Origin: Chloracidobacterium sp.
GTDB taxonomy: Bacteria > Acidobacteriota > Blastocatellia > Chloracidobacteriales > Chloracidobacteriaceae
Reading direction: 5' to 3'
Assembly (NCBI GenBank): GCA_025057975.1
Contig: JANWUV010000011.1
Location: forward strand, 65,555-129,554
DNA length: 64,000 nt
The position numbers and the translations under genes were made by a program. The notes beneath the pieces were generated by a model. That model was not told the origin of the DNA. It saw nothing but the letters and a program-made list of their open reading frames with translations, and ran no database searches. This document shows, one piece after another, positions 27,168 through 36,839 of the stretch (positions are counted from its first letter, which is position 1; each line of letters opens with the position of its first letter).

Positions 27168-30100
27168 ATGGCAATGCCACTCACCCGTTGGGTCAATTGC
27201 GCCACTTGGTTGGTTGCGGTGATGGTGTTCGGCTTTGGTTTTGCGGCGGCTGCGCCGACTGGGACGATCACCGGCATTGTCCGCGACAGCAGCGGCGCAT
27301 TTGTCGGCGGCGCGGAAGTCACCGCCACCAACCTCGCCACAAACTTCACCCGGACGGCGACGACGAACGCTTCCGGGCGCTATGTCATCGCCGAGCTGTC
27401 GCCGGGGGAATATCGCCTTGAAGTCAAGCGCGACGGCTTCCAAACGGCGGTTGAAACGCGCGTCGTCGTCAACGTCGAAGCCATTGTCTCCAAGGATTTT
27501 ACGTTGGTTGCCGGCCCTATTAGTGAAACGATGACGGTGGAAAGCGGCGGCGATCTTATCAACCGCGAGTCAGGCGCGTTGGGGACGGTCGTTGAACGCA
27601 AGTTTGTTGAAAATCTGCCGCTCAACGGACGCAGCTTTCAGGCGCTCATTGAGTTGACGCCCGGCACGGTGCTTGCAGCGGCGAGCATCACCTCTACGGG
27701 ACAATTCAGCATCAACGGGCAGCGTACCAACGCCAACTACTTCATGGTGGACGGTGTGAGCGCCAACTTTGGCGCAGCCGTCACAGCGCAGTCGTTCCAG
27801 CAGGGCGCAGGAACGCAACCGGCGCTGACGATTCTGGGCGGCACGAACAGCCTCGTGCCGGCCGACGCCATGCAGGAGTTTCGCGTTCAGACTTCAAGCT
27901 TCGCGGCGGAATACGGACGGACACCCGGCGGACAGATTTCGATCTCCACGCGCAGCGGGTCGAATGCGTTTACCGGCTCGCTATTCCATTACCTGCGCAA
28001 TGAGAAGCTTGACGCCAACGACTGGTTCAACAACCGCGACGGCCGCCCGCGCCTGCCGCTGCGTTTGAATCAGTTCGGCGGCACGCTCGGCGGTCCTATC
28101 CGTATTCCGGGACTGTATGACGGACGTAATCGGTCGTTTTTCTTTGCGACGTACGAGGGCCTGCGGTTGCTCGTACCGGGGACGATTTTTGTCGCCCGCG
28201 TACCGTCGTTGGCGGCGCGGCAGGCGGCGCCGGAGCCGTTTCGCGCCGTCCTCAATGCATTCCCCCTGCCGAACGCCCCGGCGCAGCCGGGCGACCCGCC
28301 CGACGCAGCGCGCTACATCACAGGGATCTCTGACCCCTCTGAAGTGGACACCCTCAGCCTGCGTTTTGACCAGAAGCTTGGTCAGACGGCCAGCGCCTTC
28401 TTCACCTTTCTCAACTCGCCATCGGGCAGCCGGTTTCGGTCCTTCCCCAGTCAGGAGAACGCCTTTGAGCGGAACAACCGCAGCCTGACCGGCGGCGTGA
28501 CGTGGGCGATCCGCCCGAATCTGGTGCTGGATACGCGGGTGAACTTCGGTCGTTCACGCGGCAACTTCGACTTCCGGGGCGTCGAACGGGACGGCGCGGT
28601 GTTGCCGCCGGACTCGCTGATTTTCCCGTCGTTTGCGCCGCGCGCAACCACGGCCGTTAGTCTTCAAACAATTCCGGGCATATCGGGCGTTTCCGCCGCC
28701 AACCTCACGCAGGGGCGAACGTTGGGCCAGCTTCAGCGCCAGTTCAATCTCGTCGGCAGCGTAACCTATGTGGTCGGCAATCACGAACTCAAAGCTGGCG
28801 CGGATTACCGCCTGCTGCGCCCGATTCAAGACACGCGGGCGCTTTCCATTAGTTATGTCTTTGCAACGCCGGCCAGCCGCGCCACCGGTGTGCCGACCTC
28901 GATTTCCATTCAGGCGTTTGCGCCGGTTACGGGCTTCCGCATCCACAATTTTTCGTCCTTCATTCAGGACACATGGCGCGTGCTGCCGCGTCTGACGTTG
29001 ACCTTTGGACTGCGGCACGAACTCAACCCGCCGCTGGACGGTGAACGGCTGCCGTTTTCAATTGACGGGTTGGAAAACCCGCTGACGGCGCGGCTGGCCC
29101 CGGCCGGCGTGCGCCAGTGGCGGACGCGCTACACGGATTTTGCGCCGCGCTTTGGGATCGCGTATCAGTTCGCCGAACGCACTGGCTCAGCGCTCAATGA
29201 ACTGCTTGGCGGCTGGATTCTACGCGGTGGCTACGGCCTGTTTTACGACCTCGGTACAGGAACGGCGCTGCGTGGCTTCAACAGTTTTCCCTACAACACC
29301 TTTCGAACCATCACCAACCCGGCGCAGTTGCGTTTTCCGGCGAATGAGGCCGACATCCAGCCGCCACCGTTTCTTGAACCTAACAACCTGCCCATCAGCT
29401 CCAGCTTTTTCGTTTTCGACCGCAACCTGCGGCTGCCATACACACACCACTGGAACGTCACGCTTGAACGCGCCATCGGGCGCAACAACGCCGTGACGAT
29501 TTCCTACGTCGGCGCAGCCGGTCGGCGTCTGCTGCGGAGTGAGCAACTGCGCAACTACAACGAGGCGTTTGCGCGGCAGAATTTTGGTCTTGACCGCCCC
29601 GTGATTGTCATCAACCCGGCGGTGTTTGGGCCGGCGCCATCGGCGTCGCCGGCAGCCGGGTCACCGGTCGTTGTGACGCGCAACGCGACTTCCTCAAACT
29701 ACAACGCGCTGCAAATGCAGTACCGGCGGCGGCTCGCGCGCGGCGTACAAGCGTTGGCGTCCTATACGTGGTCGAAATCCATTGACGACGTATCCGATGA
29801 GGCTTTTCAGGGCATTCCGCTGGAAGGTTTCAACCAACGATTGGAGCGCGGGCCGTCCGACTTCGACATCCGGCATACGTTCACGATGGCGGTGACGTAC
29901 GACATCCCGACTTTCTCCGACAACCCTGTTGTCCGGGCGCTGCTGGGCGGCTGGTCGGTCAACGGCATTTTCCGGGCGCGTTCGGGACAACCGCTCAACG
30001 TCATCTCACAGTCTTTCGACGTGTTCAACATTGGGAGTACGCGGCGGGTTGACCTTGTACCGGGGCAGCCGACGTTTATCCGCGACGGCAACGCGCCCGG

Positions 30101-30503
30101 CGGCCGCCGGCTCAACGCGGCCGCCTTTGCTGAGCCGGCGCGCAACCGGCAGGGTACGCTTGGACGCAATAGCTTGCGCTGGATTGGAGCCAACCAATTG
30201 GACTTCTCGGTACGGCGAACATTCACGCTGTACGAACAACTGCGGCTTCAGTTTGCAGCTGAGTTTTTCAACATTTTCAACACACCCAACTTTGCGATTC
30301 CGGGCGCGCCCGGCGGTCCGGCGCGGCTGCCGAATGGGAACATCGGCTTCAACAATGGAGAGTCGTCAAGCATGCTCGGGCGGGCGCTGGCGGGCGTATC
30401 GGGAACAGCGACGCGGCAAACGAGTCCGGCAAGCGGCTTCAACCAACTTTTCCAGTTCGGCGGTCCGCGTTCAATACAGTTTTCACTGCGGTTGGCGTTT
30501 TAG
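27168..30503 (+). CDS. TonB-dependent receptor with N-terminal carboxypeptidase-regulatory-like domain
   Basis: Signal peptide. GTITGIVRDSSGAFVGGAEVTATNLATNFTRTATTNASGRYVIAELSPGEYRLEVKRDGF (CarboxypepD_reg). Plug region (NLPLNGRSFQALIELTPG). About 1100 aa barrel ending in an aromatic residue (..LRLAF). Confidence 0.85.
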   Translation: MAMPLTRWVNCATWLVAVMVFGFGFAAAAPTGTITGIVRDSSGAFVGGAEVTATNLATNFTRTATTNASGRYVIAELSPGEYRLEVKRDGFQTAVETRVVVNVEAIVSKDFTLVAGPISETMTVESGGDLINRESGALGTVVERKFVENLPLNGRSFQALIELTPGTVLAAASITSTGQFSINGQRTNANYFMVDGVSANFGAAVTAQSFQQGAGTQPALTILGGTNSLVPADAMQEFRVQTSSFAAEYGRTPGGQISISTRSGSNAFTGSLFHYLRNEKLDANDWFNNRDGRPRLPLRLNQFGGTLGGPIRIPGLYDGRNRSFFFATYEGLRLLVPGTIFVARVPSLAARQAAPEPFRAVLNAFPLPNAPAQPGDPPDAARYITGISDPSEVDTLSLRFDQKLGQTASAFFTFLNSPSGSRFRSFPSQENAFERNNRSLTGGVTWAIRPNLVLDTRVNFGRSRGNFDFRGVERDGAVLPPDSLIFPSFAPRATTAVSLQTIPGISGVSAANLTQGRTLGQLQRQFNLVGSVTYVVGNHELKAGADYRLLRPIQDTRALSISYVFATPASRATGVPTSISIQAFAPVTGFRIHNFSSFIQDTWRVLPRLTLTFGLRHELNPPLDGERLPFSIDGLENPLTARLAPAGVRQWRTRYTDFAPRFGIAYQFAERTGSALNELLGGWILRGGYGLFYDLGTGTALRGFNSFPYNTFRTITNPAQLRFPANEADIQPPPFLEPNNLPISSSFFVFDRNLRLPYTHHWNVTLERAIGRNNAVTISYVGAAGRRLLRSEQLRNYNEAFARQNFGLDRPVIVINPAVFGPAPSASPAAGSPVVVTRNATSSNYNALQMQYRRRLARGVQALASYTWSKSIDDVSDEAFQGIPLEGFNQRLERGPSDFDIRHTFTMAVTYDIPTFSDNPVVRALLGGWSVNGIFRARSGQPLNVISQSFDVFNIGSTRRVDLVPGQPTFIRDGNAPGGRRLNAAAFAEPARNRQGTLGRNSLRWIGANQLDFSVRRTFTLYEQLRLQFAAEFFNIFNTPNFAIPGAPGGPARLPNGNIGFNNGESSSMLGRALAGVSGTATRQTSPASGFNQLFQFGGPRSIQFSLRLAF

Positions 30504-30669
30504 CGCCTTTTCCGCAACGCCGTGGCGAATACTGTTTGCGGCGCATCGAGCGGTCGGCGTGCAGCGGCGTTCACGGCACGCCGACCATTGCGCGGACTGC
30601 GTAGGCGTTGCCCCATGACGCAGAAACTGCCCTAGCGTTATTCGCATAGGCTCCCGGCGCGCATACCTG

Positions 30670-31560
30670 TCAACCCACACCGTGCCGCTTGAACCACGCC
30701 AGCATTTCTTGCCACGCAGCTTGGGCATCCTCCTTTCGGTAGGACGGGCGGTAGTCAGCGTGAAAACCATGCGGCGCTTCAGGGTACACAATGATTTTTG
30801 AGCCGGACTTCCCCTTGGCGAGCGCCTCGCGCATCCGTTCCACCGTTTCCAACGGGATGCCCTGATCCTTGCCGCCATACAGCCCCAGCACGGGCGTTTT
30901 CAGCTCCGGGGCGATATCAATTGGGAAGACCAACCGCATCGGGTCAGGTTTGAAATCTGGGTTGTTGCGAGGGTTGGCAACCAGTGCGCCGTACCAAGCG
31001 ACGGCGGCTCGGATTTTGGGTTCAAAGGCGGCAAACAACCACGTCATGCGCCCACCCCAACAGAAGCCGGTGATCCCCAACCGTTCGATGTCGCCCCTGC
31101 CGGTCTTAGCGGCGTAGGCAATGCAGCTAGCCAAGTCCGACAGGACCTGCGCGTCCGGTACCTTGGACACCACCTTTGAGATGATGTCGCCGATGCTTTC
31201 CAGCTTCGAGACATCACCCTGCCGCGCAAAGAGTTCCGGGGCGATCGCCATGTAGCCGACCTTTGCTAGTCGCCGGCAGATGTCCTTGATATACTCGTGG
31301 ACACCAAAAATCTCGTGGATGACAATCACGACCGGGAAAGCCTTGCCGCGTTCAGGCATAGCCTGATAGGCGGGAAACTTGATGTCAGCGTTCGGAATAG
31401 CCACCTCGCCGGTTGTAATCCCCTTCGTGTCAGTGATGATGGTTTGGGCGCTGATAGGCTGTGCAGCTAAGGCGAAACCGGCCGCCAGTGAAGTTAGCAC
31501 AAAGTGGCGCCGGGTTAGTTCGGTGTCGGGCAACAAACTCTTCTCATGCTGTTCAAACAT
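30670..31560 (-). CDS. Dienelactone hydrolase family protein with Tat-like signal
   Basis: TRRHFVLTSLAAGFALAAQ N-terminus. VVIVIHEIFGVHEYIKD, GITGFCWGG nucleophile elbow, HGFHADYR. Confidence 0.8.
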   Translation of the reverse strand: MFEQHEKSLLPDTELTRRHFVLTSLAAGFALAAQPISAQTIITDTKGITTGEVAIPNADIKFPAYQAMPERGKAFPVVIVIHEIFGVHEYIKDICRRLAKVGYMAIAPELFARQGDVSKLESIGDIISKVVSKVPDAQVLSDLASCIAYAAKTGRGDIERLGITGFCWGGRMTWLFAAFEPKIRAAVAWYGALVANPRNNPDFKPDPMRLVFPIDIAPELKTPVLGLYGGKDQGIPLETVERMREALAKGKSGSKIIVYPEAPHGFHADYRPSYRKEDAQAAWQEMLAWFKRHGVG

Positions 31561-31688
31561 AGGTTCGTGAAAGGCGCGGAGCGTCGCAGCGGAGGGATCT
31601 CACCAAAGCGCCCTCAACATAGCGCAGCAACGTGAACCCATGCGATACTGAGAAACACGGTACGCTTTGTGAAAGGTCGGTTTCAGCT

Positions 31689-34145
31689 ATGTCGAATCCT
31701 TCCGCCTCCGCTGCGGCCGCTGCTCCGACGGCCGTACCTGACACCTTGCTTGACGCCATTGAAATCCTTGTCGGCGGGCGCAACCTTGACGCTCAGACAG
31801 CCCAGTCGCTCGGCTTAGTGGATGAACTGGCGATGGACGCCCATTCGGCGGTTGAGGTTGCGGCGCGGCTGGCGCGTGAGTACATCCTGACCGGCGGCGG
31901 GCCGCTCGCCGAAGCGTTTGCGCGGCGGCGGGCGGCATTGGAACGGTGGGCTGCACCACAAACCGGCCTTTCCCGCACCGAGGTCGAGGCCCATCCCCGC
32001 GTGGCGCGCTTGCTGGCGCAGGCGCGTGCTGTTGGACGTGAAAAAGCCGTCCGGCGTGTACTCGATTGCCTATTTTTCGGTCTTGAGCACGGGTATGCAG
32101 CCGGGCTGAAACACGAAGCCCAAGTGTTCGCTGAAGCCGTCGCCGACCCGGAGGGCGGTCAGGCGGGAATTCAGGCGTTTCTAGACAAAAAGAGCGCGCC
32201 GCTGCCGCCGCGCCCGCTCATTATGGTTGGATCGCCGGAAGAAAAGGCCTTGTTGGAACGCGGCGAACTCCTACCAATCGGAACGCCGTTCTATCCGGGT
32301 CTCACTCCCATCCCCAAGTACCAATACGCCCAAGGTCTCATCAAAGACCCTGTGACCGGCGCGGCAGTGCACGGCGACCCCAAAGATGTTGAGAAGCACT
32401 TTATCGTCCCCGTTCCAGAGCCGCGTCCCGCCGAGGCGCTCGTTTACGTGCTGGCTAGCGAGGTCAACTTCAACGACATCTGGGCGCTGACCGGCATTCC
32501 GATTTCCGTCATGGACGACCACGACCAGGATTTTCACATCACGGGTTCGGGCGGCGTCGGTTTAATCGTAGCGCTGGGCAGCGAGGTCAAGCGCGAAGGT
32601 CGTCTACAAGTGGGCGATTTGGTTTCCATCTACTCGGGTCAGAACGACCTGTTCTCGCCGCTGGTCGGATTAGACCCGATGTTCGCCGACTTTGGCATTC
32701 AGGGCTACCAAGAGCCGAACGGTTCGCACGGGCAGTTTCTCCTTGTGCAGCCCCCCCAACTGCACCACAAGCTGGAAGACCTGACGCTGGAGGCGGCAGG
32801 CAGTTACATGCTCAATCTGGGAACCATCTACCGGGCGCTGTTTACAACCCTCAAGATTGAGCCGGGGAAGCGCATGTTTGTCGAAGGCGCAGCGACCGGG
32901 ACAGGTTTCGAAGCGGTCAAGGTCGGCGTCCGCAACAACGTCAAGGTGACGGGACTGGTGTCCAGCACAGAGCGGGCTGCGTTTGTCAAACGTCACGGCG
33001 CAACAGGCGTCATCAATCGGCGCGCGCCAGAACTAGCCGACTGCTTTACGAAAGTCCCGGAGGATCCTGCGCAGTGGGCGGACTGGGAAGCCGCCGGAAA
33101 ACCACTACTGGATGCTTTCCGCGCCCAGAACGACGGCCAACTCGCCGATTACGTGATTTCACACGCTGGCGAACGCGCGTTCCCACGGAGTTTCCAACTG
33201 CTGGGTCCGGGCGGGACGCTGACCTTCTATGGCGCGTCGTCCGGCTATCACTTCACGTTCATGGGCAAGCCGGGTGCAGCCGCGCCTGCCGAGATGCTTC
33301 AGCGCGTCGGGTTGCGCGCTGGGCAGTCGGTGCTCGTCTACTACGGCGTCGGCGAGGACCTGGTGGATGAAACCGGCATTGAAATCATCGAGGCCGTCCG
33401 TGAAGCGCACGCGCGGGTGGTTGTCGCCACCCGGACGGACGGCCAAAAGGAGTTTGTCGCCAGCCTTGGCTTCGGCGACGCCGTCCGCGGGATTGTGAGC
33501 ATTGAAGACATTCAGCGGCGCTATGGTGCAGACTTCGTCTGGCCCGAAACCATGCCGGCGTTGCCCGACCCCAAGGCCCAAACAGCGGCCTTCAAGGAAG
33601 CCGTCCGTCTTTTTACCGAAATCACATTCAAGCCCTTTGCTGCGTCTGTCGGACGACTGCTGGCTGCGCCGGACAACCCGCGCGGCTACCCTGATATGAT
33701 TGTCGAGCGCGCCGGACAGGACACCCTTGGCGTCAGCACGATGCTGGTCAAGCCCTACACTGGGCGAGTGGTGTACACCGAAGAGATGGCTGGGCGACGG
33801 TACAGCTTCTATGCGCCGCAGGTCTGGATGCGGCAACGCCGGATTGACATGCCGACGGCGAACATCTGGGGGACGCACCTCAACAACGCCTACGAGATTG
33901 TAGCGATGAACGACGCCGTCGCCGCTGGCTTGCTGGATGTGACGCCGCCGGTCGTCGTCGCATGGGATGAACTGCCGGAAGCCCACCAAGCAATGTGGGA
34001 CAACCGCCATGCCGGAGTGACGTACGTCGTCAACCATGCTCTGCCCCGCTTGGGCTTGAAAACCAAAGAAGAGCTCTTTGAGGCCTGGGCCGCACAGTCA
34101 GCCGGAGCAACGGCGGCGGATGACGCCTCAGCGATTTTCCGCTGA
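31689..34145 (+). CDS. Crotonyl-CoA carboxylase/reductase-like MDR enoyl reductase with an N-terminal partial enoyl-CoA-hydratase-like region
   Basis: The N-terminal about 190 aa carry only late crotonase elements (GRNLDAQTAQSLGLVDEL ... GIQAFLDKKSAP). Then come ALVYVLASEVNFNDIWALTG, GSGGVGLIVALG and VEGAATGTGFEAVKV (MDR/Ccr-like). ATG at 31689 preferred. Confidence 0.6.
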   Translation: MSNPSASAAAAAPTAVPDTLLDAIEILVGGRNLDAQTAQSLGLVDELAMDAHSAVEVAARLAREYILTGGGPLAEAFARRRAALERWAAPQTGLSRTEVEAHPRVARLLAQARAVGREKAVRRVLDCLFFGLEHGYAAGLKHEAQVFAEAVADPEGGQAGIQAFLDKKSAPLPPRPLIMVGSPEEKALLERGELLPIGTPFYPGLTPIPKYQYAQGLIKDPVTGAAVHGDPKDVEKHFIVPVPEPRPAEALVYVLASEVNFNDIWALTGIPISVMDDHDQDFHITGSGGVGLIVALGSEVKREGRLQVGDLVSIYSGQNDLFSPLVGLDPMFADFGIQGYQEPNGSHGQFLLVQPPQLHHKLEDLTLEAAGSYMLNLGTIYRALFTTLKIEPGKRMFVEGAATGTGFEAVKVGVRNNVKVTGLVSSTERAAFVKRHGATGVINRRAPELADCFTKVPEDPAQWADWEAAGKPLLDAFRAQNDGQLADYVISHAGERAFPRSFQLLGPGGTLTFYGASSGYHFTFMGKPGAAAPAEMLQRVGLRAGQSVLVYYGVGEDLVDETGIEIIEAVREAHARVVVATRTDGQKEFVASLGFGDAVRGIVSIEDIQRRYGADFVWPETMPALPDPKAQTAAFKEAVRLFTEITFKPFAASVGRLLAAPDNPRGYPDMIVERAGQDTLGVSTMLVKPYTGRVVYTEEMAGRRYSFYAPQVWMRQRRIDMPTANIWGTHLNNAYEIVAMNDAVAAGLLDVTPPVVVAWDELPEAHQAMWDNRHAGVTYVVNHALPRLGLKTKEELFEAWAAQSAGATAADDASAIFR

Positions 34146-34426
34146 GGTGTCAGAGCCTAGATCAGCGGCTTGAGAGCGACGGATTATTGTTGGGCGGCGT
34201 TCGGGCGACGCCGGTGGAGACGCCTTTCTGCACTTCAAGGCAGGTATCTTCCGGCGGTCAGTTTGTTTTCGGGCGGTTTGCAAGAAGGTAATGGCGCCAT
34301 AACCCTAGCTGGGGCGTGAGCGTTGCAGGCAACGGCCGCCCAGTCGGCGGAGCGAGCCGTTTTGTCTAACGCGCCATGAGCGCTTCTTGCCCCTGCGCCG
34401 ACCGGCGGGGTTGCCTTACTGTGGCG

Positions 34427-35374
<948 letters not shown>

Positions 35375-35575
35375 TCAAACGAAACGCACTCTAGCACGAC
35401 TGCGCTGCGTTTGGGCAGTCGTTTTCACCGCCGAGGTGCGCACGTAAAGAATCGTCAAACGTTGCTCCCGGCACATACTTGAGCGGAACTTAGCGTCACA
35501 ACCGGCGTACGAGTCGCACAGACGCGACCGAGACATTCCTGCGCCGTTTCGGCGCGGCAGGTGGTAGAGAACGCC

Positions 35576-36754
35576 ATGCGAACACTCATCATGACCGGAT
35601 TCCTGATCGGAAGCTTCAGCGCGTCTGGCGTCGCTGGATCAGTGCAGGAGACGGCGACGCAAGCGCCGACCAGCGTCACCATCATCGGCACTGTTACTGA
35701 GCTGGACATTGAAACAGCAACCATCACGGTCAAAAGCGACACCGGCGAAGTCGTGATGTTTCCCTACACCGACCAGTCGCAGTTCAAGCGTTTGCCGCTT
35801 GGCAAGACCGCACTGGCCGACGCCGTGCCCATTACGCTGGCCGACATCGAAATCGGCGACCGCGTTACGGCTAAGAAGCGCCTGACCCCCGACGGTAAGG
35901 TTGCGCCCATCACACTCATGATCGTGATGAGCAAGGGCGACATCGCCAAAAAACAAGAACTTGAACGCGCCGCTTGGCGTGAGCGTGGGACGTTCGGCAA
36001 GGTCACGGCCGTAGACGCCGCAAAGCGGACGATTACGGTCGCCCAGCGTACCCGTGAAGGACTTAAGGAACTCACCATCGTCACCACCGACAAGACGACG
36101 TTTCGACGGTACACACCAGACTCGGTCAAGTTCAGCGACGCCAAGCCGAGCGACTTCGGCGCGGTGCGCGTCGGCGATCAGTTGCGCGCCCTTGGCAAAC
36201 GTAGCGAGGACGGTGCGAGCTACGACGCCGAACAGGTTGTTTTCGGCACATTCAAAACGCTGTTGGTCACAGTGGTCGCTGTGGACGCCGACAAGAAGGA
36301 AATCATCGTCAAGGACGATGGCGGCGCACTGCTTACGCTCCTCATCACCCCTGATTCCAACCTCAAGCAGGTTCCCGAAGGCGGATTCTTCGGATCCGGC
36401 GGCAGGCCGCGTCCCGGTGGGCCGCCGACCGGCGAAGGTGCGCAGCCGGCGGGATCACCAACCAGCGGGCCGCCGGGCGGAGGCTTCAGCGGTGGGCCGG
36501 GTCGTTTCATGGGTGGCGGCTTTGATCCGGCGGCGCTTATTGAGTTCCTACCGCCGCTTCAACTCAGCGACCTTAAACCAGAAACCAAGCTTCTGGTCCT
36601 CACGACGGAAGGCGCAACCCCCAACCGCGCCACTGCTGTTACGGTCGTCAAGGGGCTTGATGCCCTCTTTGCCCGCTTTGCGCGTCAGGCGGCGGGCGCC
36701 GGCGGCGTAGGCTTCGGCGCGGGCGGACTCGAACTCGGCATCGGTCTGCCTTAG
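35576..36754 (+). CDS. Secreted repeat protein (DUF5666-like beta domains) with a Gly/Pro-rich C-terminal half
   Basis: Signal peptide MRTLIMTGFLIGSFSASGVAG. Three similar modules (GTVTELDIETATITVKSDTGE / GKVTAVDAAKRTITVAQRT / TVVAVDADKKEIIVKDDGG). Confidence 0.55.
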   Translation: MRTLIMTGFLIGSFSASGVAGSVQETATQAPTSVTIIGTVTELDIETATITVKSDTGEVVMFPYTDQSQFKRLPLGKTALADAVPITLADIEIGDRVTAKKRLTPDGKVAPITLMIVMSKGDIAKKQELERAAWRERGTFGKVTAVDAAKRTITVAQRTREGLKELTIVTTDKTTFRRYTPDSVKFSDAKPSDFGAVRVGDQLRALGKRSEDGASYDAEQVVFGTFKTLLVTVVAVDADKKEIIVKDDGGALLTLLITPDSNLKQVPEGGFFGSGGRPRPGGPPTGEGAQPAGSPTSGPPGGGFSGGPGRFMGGGFDPAALIEFLPPLQLSDLKPETKLLVLTTEGATPNRATAVTVVKGLDALFARFARQAAGAGGVGFGAGGLELGIGLP

Positions 36755-36839
36755 TGAAGCGGCCGAAAGGGACAAACCCCCGGCGTCCCAGCAAGAGGAC
36801 GGTTAGCAATAAAAAACGGCAAGGAAAGAGCAGAGACCA

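Noticed and set aside
34146-34426. Convergent intergenic region checked for tRNA genes or terminators
   Set aside because: No GTTCGAATC-like T-arm, and no GC hairpin followed by a T-tract was found.
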